Shown: positions 10,113 through 19,200 of the stretch, in pieces
Layout of the letters: every line of letters starts with the position of its first letter
Position numbering within the stretch: position 1 is the stretch's first letter
Virus record (IMG/VR): IMGVR_UViG_3300049793_000099
Span: 32,911-96,910 of that record
DNA length: 64,000 bases
Reading direction: 5' to 3' (one strand)
From: a virus
The notes under the pieces: model-generated
Told to the model about the DNA's origin: nothing
Databases searched by the model: none
The model's input: only the letters and a program-made list of their open reading frames with translations
Translations under genes and position numbers: made by a program

Positions 10113-10259
10113 AAGATACCTCAGAAACCTTGAAATATTTATAATAACGTAACTGAATAGTTTAAAATGCGTTAGTAAAGCCTCTTATTTAAATATATAG
10201 ATCCGAATAGGACCATAACTGATAATTTGGTATCCTTGAGTGAAGCTGTAAGGTATCTT
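10113..10259 (+). ncRNA. Candidate structured RNA (multi-stem), family unknown
   Basis: Closing helix AAGATACCT (10113-10121) with AGGTATCTT (10251-10259), plus internal hairpins 10145-10174 and 10183-10212, in an ORF-free gap. Confidence 0.4.
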
Positions 10260-10267
10260 TTAATAAT

Positions 10268-10359
10268 GGAGAGAAGTGACTGAAAATAAAGTAGTGAAGA
10301 CGTACACACTGTCCTATAGACAGCTTCTTAGTGTTGTGGGAAAACCCCACATTCTCTCT
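10268..10359 (+). ncRNA. tRNA-like structured element (non-canonical)
   Basis: 8-bp acceptor-like stem GGAGAGAA/TTCTCTCT stacked on TGTGGG/CCCACA, internal hairpin CTGTC/GACAG; no TTC T-loop and no CCA. Confidence 0.4.
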
Positions 10360-10378
10360 TTATTTTAATAAATAACAT

Positions 10379-10666
10379 ATGAAACAAAAACTAAGAAAAG
10401 GTTATATTAATAAATCTGAATTTTGTAAAATTAATAACATTTCAATTTCTGATTTTAATAATTATTTATTAAAAAATAATTATTTTAAAATTTATCAAAA
10501 ACAAAGAATGAGTTTTTTTAATGGTAAAATTGGAAAAAAATATGAAGTTTTTGTGTTAGGAAATAATGATGCAGGTATGAAAATTTTAAATTTACACGGT
10601 AATAATCAATCTGGAAGTTACCAATATAGTATTAAATTTTTAAATGAGTTATTTAATATTAAATGA
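10379..10666 (+). CDS. Small basic protein, possibly DNA-binding (winged-helix-like)
   Basis: INKSEFCK...ISISDFNNYLLKNNY helix-turn-helix-like pattern; Lys/Asn-rich. Confidence 0.5.
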   Translation: MKQKLRKGYINKSEFCKINNISISDFNNYLLKNNYFKIYQKQRMSFFNGKIGKKYEVFVLGNNDAGMKILNLHGNNQSGSYQYSIKFLNELFNIK

Positions 10667-11751
10667 TGACAAAAAATGAAATTCAGAAAATAATAATTGA
10701 TAAAATTAAAAATGCTTTATTTAGAGGAATCGTCTTAGTTTCTGTCAGAGTTGGGAAAACCAGAATTATTTTAGAAACCATTAAAGAAATATCTAATAAT
10801 GACTTAAATATTAAAGTTTTAATTGGTTATCCAAATATTGATATAAAAAATTCATGGATTTCAGAAACTGAAAAATTAAATTATTATCCTAATATTGAAT
10901 ATTCAACATTTAAATCTTTAAAAAAAGTTCAAGATAATAAATATGACTTCGTAATTTTTGACGAAGGACATGCGATACCTCCTGATAATATATTACCAAC
11001 TGTATCTAAAATTGTTAAAAATAATAATAAGTGTATTATTATGTCTGGCACATATAGTGAAGATACTTTACTAAATTTAAAGTTTTCAACAGGTTTACAA
11101 CAAATTGTAGATTATAGTACAGATGATGCTATTAATGATAGAATTGTTAATGATTTTAAAGTAAAAGTTCATTTATTTAAATTAGATAATGTTAAATCTA
11201 TACAATTTGGAGGAATAAAAAAATGGTATTCTACAGATTACAAAGAATGTTTAAGAATGTCTAAAAAATTAGATGAGTCATTTGGAAAAGATAAAATGAT
11301 GATAGCTTTATTTAGAATGAAAATGATAAATAGTTGTCAATCGTTAATAAAGGTTGTGAAACAGTGGATTGAAAATAATCCTAATAAACGATTTATATTA
11401 TTTACAGGTGATGAGAAAGTTGGTATGAATTATAATATTCCAATGTTTAATTCTAAGAGTAAAAATAACGATGTTTTAAAAGACTTTCAAGAATATCGTA
11501 GTAATAGTTTATGTCTTATTAAAAAAGGTGGAACAGGGGTGACATACGAAGGTCTAGATACTATATTAATTACAGATATTAATTCTAACTCTGAAACATT
11601 AGAACAAAGATGTGGTAGAAGTTTATTATTTGAAGAAGATAAAGAATCTGTAGTACATATTTTTTGTAGTACAGAAGATTTTCAAATAAGGTGGTTAGAA
11701 TCAAGTTTAAAATCTATTAATTCCAATAGAATAAGTTATAAATATATATAA
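10663..11751 (+). CDS. Superfamily 2 DExH helicase
   Basis: Walker A RVGKT, Walker B DEGH, motif III SGT, motif VI QRCGR. Confidence 0.85.
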   Translation: MMTKNEIQKIIIDKIKNALFRGIVLVSVRVGKTRIILETIKEISNNDLNIKVLIGYPNIDIKNSWISETEKLNYYPNIEYSTFKSLKKVQDNKYDFVIFDEGHAIPPDNILPTVSKIVKNNNKCIIMSGTYSEDTLLNLKFSTGLQQIVDYSTDDAINDRIVNDFKVKVHLFKLDNVKSIQFGGIKKWYSTDYKECLRMSKKLDESFGKDKMMIALFRMKMINSCQSLIKVVKQWIENNPNKRFILFTGDEKVGMNYNIPMFNSKSKNNDVLKDFQEYRSNSLCLIKKGGTGVTYEGLDTILITDINSNSETLEQRCGRSLLFEEDKESVVHIFCSTEDFQIRWLESSLKSINSNRISYKYI

Positions 11752-11753
11752 AA

Positions 11754-11933
11754 ATGAAAAAAATTATAAAAATTAAAAATACTGTAAATTCAAAGAGATT
11801 TTGGATGATATGTGGATTATTAACAATTTTAGATGGTTTGATAAAAGTATTATCTTTTGGACGATATATCGGTCAATTTAATATAAATTATTTAACTAAT
11901 TCAAAAAATAAGAGATTTAATGAAAAAAATTAA
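11754..11933 (+). CDS. 59-aa small protein with a hydrophobic core (absent from the ORF track)
   Basis: ATG 11754 to TAA 11933 fills the gap between helicase and next gene; FWMICGLLTILDGLIKVLSFG. Confidence 0.6.
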   Translation: MKKIIKIKNTVNSKRFWMICGLLTILDGLIKVLSFGRYIGQFNINYLTNSKNKRFNEKN

Positions 11934-12642
11934 AGAATTGCAAGAAAGATCTAAACTTAATGAAGGTAGAAATTATGGTGTAGGATTTACTATCTTAAAT
12001 AAAATAGGTAATAAATTTGAAACCTATTTACCATTTACAGCTTGTAGAGATTATTTAAATGATTTTGCTTATGTAGAATCTACTAAGAAAGAAATCGGAT
12101 CAATTCACGGATATAATCATGAATTATTAAATTGTTTTGATAATAAAAAAATTGTATATTTTGGAGTAAAAGCTTTAGATTATAATAAAAATTATGGTAA
12201 ATATAATGAATTTGAAAAACTCCAAAATATATTAATTAATAATTATAAAAATCTACAATTATTTTTAAATAGAATTGAAGATGAATTAGATATTAAAATT
12301 AAAACCTCTGTAGAATTAGATGAAGAAACTTTAATTATAAAGTGTTCTAAATTTTGGGTTAAATCAACACCATTAATTAGTGTTTATACATTATTAATTA
12401 GATGTCATCTTAATACTGATTTAATAGAAGGCTCTATTATAGACATTCTTAAAAATAATAATCCTTTTATCAATGCTGACTCTATGATGAAAAAACCTTG
12501 TGTTGATTTTTATGAATTATATTTAAATAATAAAAGTAAATTTATTAATCCTGATTATAAAGGTTATAATTTAGTAAAAGAAAATAATCCTAATTTAATT
12601 CATAACTTTGGAATTGATGGATTTATTAAAAAACTTACATAA
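11920..12642 (+). CDS. Hypothetical protein
   Basis: 240-aa ORF with a conserved-looking CRDYLND motif. Confidence 0.7.
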   Translation: MKKIKELQERSKLNEGRNYGVGFTILNKIGNKFETYLPFTACRDYLNDFAYVESTKKEIGSIHGYNHELLNCFDNKKIVYFGVKALDYNKNYGKYNEFEKLQNILINNYKNLQLFLNRIEDELDIKIKTSVELDEETLIIKCSKFWVKSTPLISVYTLLIRCHLNTDLIEGSIIDILKNNNPFINADSMMKKPCVDFYELYLNNKSKFINPDYKGYNLVKENNPNLIHNFGIDGFIKKLT

Positions 12643-12643
12643 T

Positions 12644-12835
12644 ATGATAACAGCAATAAATTTTCTAAAAAGAGATGAAAGCGGTATTTATAATGAACAA
12701 GATATGATGTATATGATGATTGAATTTGCAAAAATGCACGCTGTTGAAATTCTTAAAAAATTAAGTAAAACAGAAATGGAATATCAAAGAAATATTCAAT
12801 ATATATATATCCTTTATCAAATATTAAATAAATGA
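12644..12835 (+). CDS. Small hypothetical phage protein (likely start ATG 12644)
   Basis: ATG immediately after the upstream stop; MIEFAKMH motif. Confidence 0.55.
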   Translation: MITAINFLKRDESGIYNEQDMMYMMIEFAKMHAVEILKKLSKTEMEYQRNIQYIYILYQILNK

Positions 12836-13095
12836 GTTTAAAAGATAAAATAGAATTAGTAGCTTCTGAAAGAGATTTATCATATTGTTATTTAAAAACA
12901 GCAGAGGAATTATTCGAACTTGGAGAAATATTACTTAAACAAGTTACTAAACCTCAAGGAAGTGAAGAAAGAATACCACATTTAATTGAAGAATGTGGAG
13001 ATGTGATAATGAATATTAAAATTTTAGCTTCTAAATTGTATATTGAAGATGAAGTTAAGAAAAGAGTTGAATATAAATTACAAACATTATTATGA
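12832..13095 (+). CDS. MazG-like nucleotide pyrophosphohydrolase
   Basis: KTAEELFEL...IEECGDV acidic motif pair. Confidence 0.72.
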   Translation: MSLKDKIELVASERDLSYCYLKTAEELFELGEILLKQVTKPQGSEERIPHLIEECGDVIMNIKILASKLYIEDEVKKRVEYKLQTLL

Positions 13096-13559
13096 GAAAT
13101 CCAAATAGAATATTAATTGTTTTAGAAATATTTGAAAATAATGATAAAATATTATCAAAATTTTTAGGTACCAAAAATAGTGAATTAATTCATAATATTT
13201 ATGATAATTGGGAATTAATTGAAAAAGAATGGATCGAATATCCCGATTCAAGATTTGGTCAATTGTTATCAAATTTAGAATTGGTTACAAAAGAAATTGA
13301 AAATCATATTTGGAATATTGAAGAAGATGATTGGTTATTTAAAAATAATCATTGTAATATCGAAGATGTTAAATTTTGGGGAATTAATTTCTATAAGAAT
13401 GGTAAAAAACGTAAAACAGTTAAATATAAATTATTAAAAGATTTAAAAACAGATCATATTAATAATATAATTAAATTTTTTGAAGATCAAAACATATTAG
13501 ATAAATTAAATAAAGAATATTTAGAATATTTTAATAAACGAATAAATGACGGAAAATAG
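13092..13559 (+). CDS. Hypothetical phage protein (DUF1040/YihD-like N-terminus)
   Basis: MRNPNRI...W..YPD.RFGQLLSNL. Confidence 0.55.
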   Translation: MRNPNRILIVLEIFENNDKILSKFLGTKNSELIHNIYDNWELIEKEWIEYPDSRFGQLLSNLELVTKEIENHIWNIEEDDWLFKNNHCNIEDVKFWGINFYKNGKKRKTVKYKLLKDLKTDHINNIIKFFEDQNILDKLNKEYLEYFNKRINDGK

Positions 13560-13872
13560 ATTCGGAGAAATAGTTGATGAAACGTTAAATCAAATTAAAG
13601 ATGTTTTGATCATAAAAGCAAAAGAATACCGCCGTAATAACAATGTTTTTCATATTTTTGATGAAGGAAGTAAACGTTCTGGATTAATTAGAGAAAAAGT
13701 ATTAGATGGAATGTTATTAAAACATGAAATATCTATTGCTGATATGACTAATGATTTAGAAAAAGGTATTTTACCTAAAATTGAAACAGTTGAAGAAAAG
13801 TTTGGAGATAATTTAATATATTTAATATTGAAAAAAGCTTCTATAATTGATAAAATTGAACAAAATGGATAA
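13546..13872 (+). CDS. DUF1599 / nucleotide-modification-associated all-alpha (MazG-related) protein
   Basis: K..EY....N.FH.F and EEKFGD...Y motifs. Confidence 0.55.
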   Translation: MTENRFGEIVDETLNQIKDVLIIKAKEYRRNNNVFHIFDEGSKRSGLIREKVLDGMLLKHEISIADMTNDLEKGILPKIETVEEKFGDNLIYLILKKASIIDKIEQNG

Positions 13873-14089
13873 ACTTACTTTACAATTAAAAACTGCATTA
13901 GTTAGATCATTTCTTAATTGTAAAATGGATAAATTAGATGAATCTTATATCCATACATCTAAAGGTAATTTCACTAGAAGAGAAATGAGTAATGAAATTG
14001 AAAATGAAACTGAAATAGGTTTACAACAAATGGAAAGTATATTAAAGTTAACAATTCATTTATTAGAACATAAAAAAGAAACTATATAA
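13865..14089 (+). CDS. Hypothetical protein (likely start ATG 13865)
   Basis: ORF overlaps the previous stop and ends in a TAATG junction. Confidence 0.5.
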   Translation: MDKLTLQLKTALVRSFLNCKMDKLDESYIHTSKGNFTRREMSNEIENETEIGLQQMESILKLTIHLLEHKKETI

Positions 14090-14823
14090 TGAAACTAATT
14101 AAATTTTTTAAAAGTTTATTTTTTAAAAAAGAAATTAAACTTAAAAGAATTTGACATATTTCTGATACTCACGCATATCATAGATTATTAACAATTCCTG
14201 AAAATATAGACATTGTGATTCATAGTGGTGATGAATCTAATTATAAAGATCAATATACTAATGAACCTGAATTTAGAGATTTTATAATTTGGTTTGCTAA
14301 TTTATCTATTAAATATAAAGTGCTTATTGCAGGGAATCATAGTTCATTTATTTTTCACAATACTAAAGAAGTTAGAAAGATATGTAAAGATTTAAATATT
14401 ATATATTTAGAAAATGAATCTGTAGAAATTGAAGGAATTAAAATATGGGGAAGTCCTATAACTCCTAATTTTGGAAATTGGTGGTTTATGAAAAATAGAA
14501 GTAAAATGGATAAATTATGTTTATCTATACCAGAAGATACAGATATAGTTATTTCCCACGGTCCACCTAAAGGATTTTTAGATTTTTCTTATAATAGAGA
14601 TAATATTCTTGAATCTTGTGGTTGTAGAAGTCTTAGAAATCATATGTTAAATAGAGTGAAACCAAAACTTTGTTTGTTTGGACACATTCACAATACAGAA
14701 GATATTATAAATGCAGGAACATTAAAGTTATCTGGTTATGATACTATTTTTAGTAATGGTTCTGTAGTTACAGATGGTAAATTTGGTAAATTAAGTAGCA
14801 ATGGTAATATATTTGAAATATAA
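14089..14823 (+). pseudogene. Calcineurin-like metallophosphoesterase with in-frame TGA at 14152-14154 (pseudogene, readthrough or sequence error)
   Basis: ATG 14089 reads MKLIKFFKSLFFKKEIKLKRI*HISDTH, in frame with HSGD, AGNH, SHGPP and FGHIH. Confidence 0.75.
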
Positions 14824-14989
14824 TATGGAAAAGATATTAACGAATAGATTAAATGAACTTAAATCTAAATTTAGTAATTATAGAAGACCTAAATTAGATA
14901 AATATTTAGGTCAAGATGACTTCATACTTCAAGATTTTAGAAGTAGAATTGATGAAGTTACACAACTTTTAAAAAAATTGAATGAATAA
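14824..14989 (+). CDS. Small hypothetical protein (start approximate)
   Basis: MEKILTNRL... fills the gap between the phosphoesterase and thyX. Confidence 0.45.
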
Positions 14990-15707
14990 AAATAAAGTAG
15001 AATTAATTGGATTTTATGGGAGCGATGAGGTAGTTGCTTTAAGTGCATGGACATCTACTTCTAGGGATTTAGATGATGATAAACGAAGAAGAATTCCTAA
15101 AATGTTAGATGTTTTATGGAGTAATCGACATGAAACTCCATTTGAAAAAGCTACAGTTCATTTTTTAGTAGATACTGAGATTGCTTCTCATATACATCTT
15201 TTAAAACATAGAATTTCGTCACTAAATGGCGAATCAGCTAGATATAAAGAATTAAAAGAAGATAAATATTATTTACCTGAAGATTGGAAAGGAGTTATAT
15301 CTACTGGAGATGTTTCTAAAACTAAAAAAGGAACTGAAATTAATTGGTATAGTATATTAGAAAGTTATACTAAAACAGGTAATATGTTATATCACCAATG
15401 TTTAGAAGATTTAACACCTGTTTTAGGTCGTAAGAGAGCTAAAGAAAGTGCTAGATTTTTTAAAACATATAATTCTCAAATTCAAGCAGATGTAACTTTT
15501 AATATGAGAAGTTTTGCTAATTTTATTAAATTAAGAGATAGTGAACATGCTCAATTAGAAATTAGAGAAATTGCACAACAAATGTGGAATTTAGTTCAAA
15601 ATGAAACTGATAGTAAATTTGAAAACATACTTAAAGTTATTGATGATCGAATTAAATTTGAAGAGAAGTGTGAAAAATATAAAAATTTAATACTGAATCT
15701 AGAATAA
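14982..15707 (+). CDS. thyX: FAD-dependent thymidylate synthase
   Basis: HETPFE, KHRISSLNGESARY (RHRxxSxxxxSxRY variant) and NMRS...F..LR...HAQLEIR. Confidence 0.92.
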   Translation: MNKNKVELIGFYGSDEVVALSAWTSTSRDLDDDKRRRIPKMLDVLWSNRHETPFEKATVHFLVDTEIASHIHLLKHRISSLNGESARYKELKEDKYYLPEDWKGVISTGDVSKTKKGTEINWYSILESYTKTGNMLYHQCLEDLTPVLGRKRAKESARFFKTYNSQIQADVTFNMRSFANFIKLRDSEHAQLEIREIAQQMWNLVQNETDSKFENILKVIDDRIKFEEKCEKYKNLILNLE

Positions 15708-16022
15708 ATGATTATACAAATTTTAATAATGTTAGGATTAACTATCCTACAAAATGCAAGTTTTACTTTAGTTAGTAGAGCAAGAAATAGTAATAGTATT
15801 TTATATCACACAGTTGCTTCAGTATTATCAAATGGAATTTGGTTACTTGTTATTAGACAAGTAGTTACTAATTTTGATAATTGGATATTAATGGTTACTT
15901 ATTTAGTAGGTGCTGTTATTGGAAGTATTAGTATGCGTTATATTGCTATGAAATATTTTGAGAAACCTAAGAATATAACAACTATTGTTAAAAAAATAAT
16001 TAATATGAAAAAATCAAATTGA
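15708..16022 (+). CDS. Small membrane protein with about 3 TM helices
   Basis: Three hydrophobic segments, including YLVGAVIGS. Confidence 0.65.
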   Translation: MIIQILIMLGLTILQNASFTLVSRARNSNSILYHTVASVLSNGIWLLVIRQVVTNFDNWILMVTYLVGAVIGSISMRYIAMKYFEKPKNITTIVKKIINMKKSN

Positions 16023-16088
16023 TAGTGAAAATAATGATGAATCAGACTATGATTTTTATCATAGATAATTTAAAAAATTAAAAAAATT

Positions 16089-16178
16089 ATGAGTAGATGT
16101 ACAGATACTGACAAAGACGAAGTTTGCACACAGCATCCTGAAACTTGTAGTAATCCAAATTGCACAAAACATAACTAA
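16089..16178 (+). CDS. 29-aa Cys/His-rich microprotein (absent from the ORF track)
   Basis: MSRCTDTDKDEVCTQHPETCSNPNCTKHN, with an A-rich leader, directly before the terminator. Confidence 0.5.
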   Translation: MSRCTDTDKDEVCTQHPETCSNPNCTKHN

Positions 16179-16182
16179 ATAC

Positions 16183-16230
16183 AAAAAGCCACATACGACC
16201 TTTTACGGTTATATGTGGCTTTATTTTTTT
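16183..16230. terminator. Bidirectional intrinsic terminator between the convergent arms
   Basis: AAAGCCACATA (16185-16195) pairs with TATGTGGCTTT (16212-16222); A-run on the left and T-run on the right. Confidence 0.85.
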
Positions 16231-16241
16231 AGACCCTTTAA

Positions 16242-19200
16242 TTATTTCCCCCAACGACTATTAAAAGAATTATAAAGCTCTTCTGATGTTACTCCTACTT
16301 TACTTAATATTGGAACTAATTTTTCAGTTTTTCTTTGAATTTTTAATTTACCTTTATTTTTACCACTTTCATATCTGTCATTAATTTCAGACCAATTCCA
16401 AGGTAAAATATATTCAAGTACATCTAATGTTTGTTCAATAATTCTTAATGATGGAATAGGTGATTTAGTAATTTTAGTAGCTTCACGAGGATCTCTAAAT
16501 TGACTAAGTTCTGATTCTAATCTTCTTGCTAAAAATGCAACAGTCCATAACCATTTTTTATCATCATCATCTCCTGCAGCACCAGCAGCTAACATACCAA
16601 TTAATGGTAATATTGCACCAGTTAAAGCTAATTCCATTACAGATTTTTTAATACCTGCTTTTTTATTATCAGATAATTCATTCCAATTGCTACTTATAAT
16701 ATCAAATTTAAGTTGTTTTAAAGCAGGGTAAATCGTATGACGTATAAATCTTACAGTTGATACATAAGAACCCTCTTCTGTTGTTCTAAGTGCATTATTA
16801 AAGTGTATATCATCCTCAGTTAAATCTTCTTCTTTAACTAAAGCTTTTGTTAAACCTCTAAATCTAGCTACAGCTTGTGGTATTAAATATCTTCTAAATA
16901 ATAAAATCATCTTACCCCACCAATGTCTATAAGCTTCAGGTTGCATATTAGAATCATAATTACCCATTGTATCAAAAAGTTTTCTTTTTACAAATAACAT
17001 AATTTGTTCTTTACCACCTTCTTTAATTTTAGAATTAAAACTTCTATTGGTATAAACAACTTTATTATCTAATCTAACAATTCCATCTTCATCTTTAAAT
17101 AACATATCTAATACTGAAACAGCTTTATCTTTCTCTACAATCTTACCGTTTTTATCAATATAATTATTACTATCATTCATAACTTTAATAGAATCTAATG
17201 TTGCCATTACCATTATAGATTGAACATAATGTTCACCACCTTCATGCATAAATTGTAAAGACTCAAAATTAACTGCTGTTTTAGCAATTGTATTTTTAAT
17301 ATAATCTTGTTGTTTAACGGTAAATCCACCAAAAGTATCAAACATTTGATTAATTTGATTTACAAAAGATTGTTTAATTGGTCTAGAATAATCTCCAGCA
17401 ATATTAGCTAAATCTTTAGTATAAATAGAATGTGCTTTTGAAACAGAACCTTTAGTTAAATGATTACCTGCAACTCTTTCTAAAAATATTTGAGCTTGTG
17501 CGTTTATAATATTTGCTGCTGCTGAAAATGTATTTAAAGATAAACCTACAGATGCAATCCAACCATTAGCAGTACTAATTGCTTTATTAACATCTAATGG
17601 ACCTAATTTATCATATTGAACATGTAAAATATCATAAAGATTTTTTTCAATAATATTCTCAATCATTTTAGCTTCGTTGGAAGTACCGTTAGAAGTTGTA
17701 GCTTCTTTTACTCTAGTTGCGTATTTATTAAGAATTGACTCACCACCTTTAGTTTTAATATAATATTCTTTATTTTTAGCAATCATTTTAATAGCTTCAA
17801 CTTTTATTGCAATTGCTTCTTTTTCTTGATAATTAATACCGTTAATTCTATTTAATCTATTAATAGTAAATAAATCTAAAGATTGTTGATCTGATGATAA
17901 TTTACCTCTGTAATGAACTCTTAAATAATGTATAGAATTACCTTTACTGTCTAAACGTTGTTCTTGATAACCAATGTCATCAGGTCTAATTTCAGTTAAA
18001 TCTTTAATTTTATCTTTAAGAATACCTTTTAAATTACCTTCAATAACTCTTTCTTCATCAGATTTAGTTACAGCTGGTAAATCATAATAAATAGCTCCTA
18101 CAAATTCACTAACTAAAGATTGTATTCCGTGAGTTTGTTCATCAGTTTTTTTAATAGTTTCAATAAAATAATTAAGAACTTCTTTTTCAGTTTTACTTAA
18201 TTTAGATAAATCATTTTTCCATTTAAAAGTAGGTATTCTTATACCATCTTTAACCGTAGTATTTTCTTTTCTAAATTTAGCAAAATCATTTTTAGCCTTA
18301 ATGTAATTTTTATCTTTGAAATTTTGAGAGTCTTTAATTTTAATATAAGACTCTTCTTTAGCGGCTTTAAACTTTTTATACTCTTCTTTAAATTTAATAG
18401 AGTATTCGCCTTTTAATATAGAATAACCAGTTGAATCAGTATCTAGGATATTTTTATATATCTCACCAGGTTTACTTGAATTTTTTTCTTTAACTAATTG
18501 TTCAAATAATTTAGATTCTTTAAAATCACCTTCTCTGGTTTGTTCAATAATTTTTTCTCTAGCTTGAGTAACTAAATTAGCTACAATACTTACTAATCTT
18601 GAATTATTATTAATAATATCACCAAACATTTGACCTGCCCAAGATATATCTGTACCAATACCAGTTAATAGATTGCCAACTTCGTTATCTAAATCAATTT
18701 GAATTTCTTCTAATCTTGGACCATTCATTTGTTTAGAAATCCATTCATCTTGACCTATATTAACCAAACCTCTTTGTTTGTATTCAATTGCTAATTGTTT
18801 ACGCCATTTATCTTCAACTTGAGGCAAATAATTAAGATTGTTTAATTGATTTTTAAGAATATCTGCTAATTTAGCATTAAAATCACTTTCTAAAACGGAA
18901 TTTCTACCAATAGCTTCTGTAATAGTGTCTTTAATTTCTTTAACAATATCTTCACCTATTTCATCTACTTTATCTTTTTGTAATGAAGATATTAATGTTT
19001 TAACATCGTCTACTAAATCATAAGAAGATAAATAAGTTCTATATAAATCAATTATTTCTAAACCATTATTAGCAGTTAAATCTTCCTTAATAAGCCTATC
19101 ATCTAATTGTTTAATTGTAGATAACATTGATTTAACATAAACGGCAATACCTTTCCATTGATTTAAACCATCAACCTTATTTATTTCTGATATTAAATCT

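Noticed and set aside
10170-10250. c-di-GMP-I riboswitch or hammerhead ribozyme (GTAAAGCCTC and CTGATAA resemble parts of them)
   Set aside because: The remaining conserved cores (GNRA-capped P2 with GCAAA; CUGAnGA with GAAA junction) could not be placed.
10268-10359. Canonical or amber-suppressor tRNA (CTA appears in the 10314-10318 loop)
   Set aside because: The loop is 5 nt with no U33 geometry, and there is no TTC T-loop, D-loop GG or CCA. Kept only as a tRNA-like element.
16006-16070. Frameshift in an A-run extending the membrane protein with an acidic tail (NQIDSENNDESDYDFYHR)
   Set aside because: No homology evidence is available and the ORF ends plausibly as it stands.
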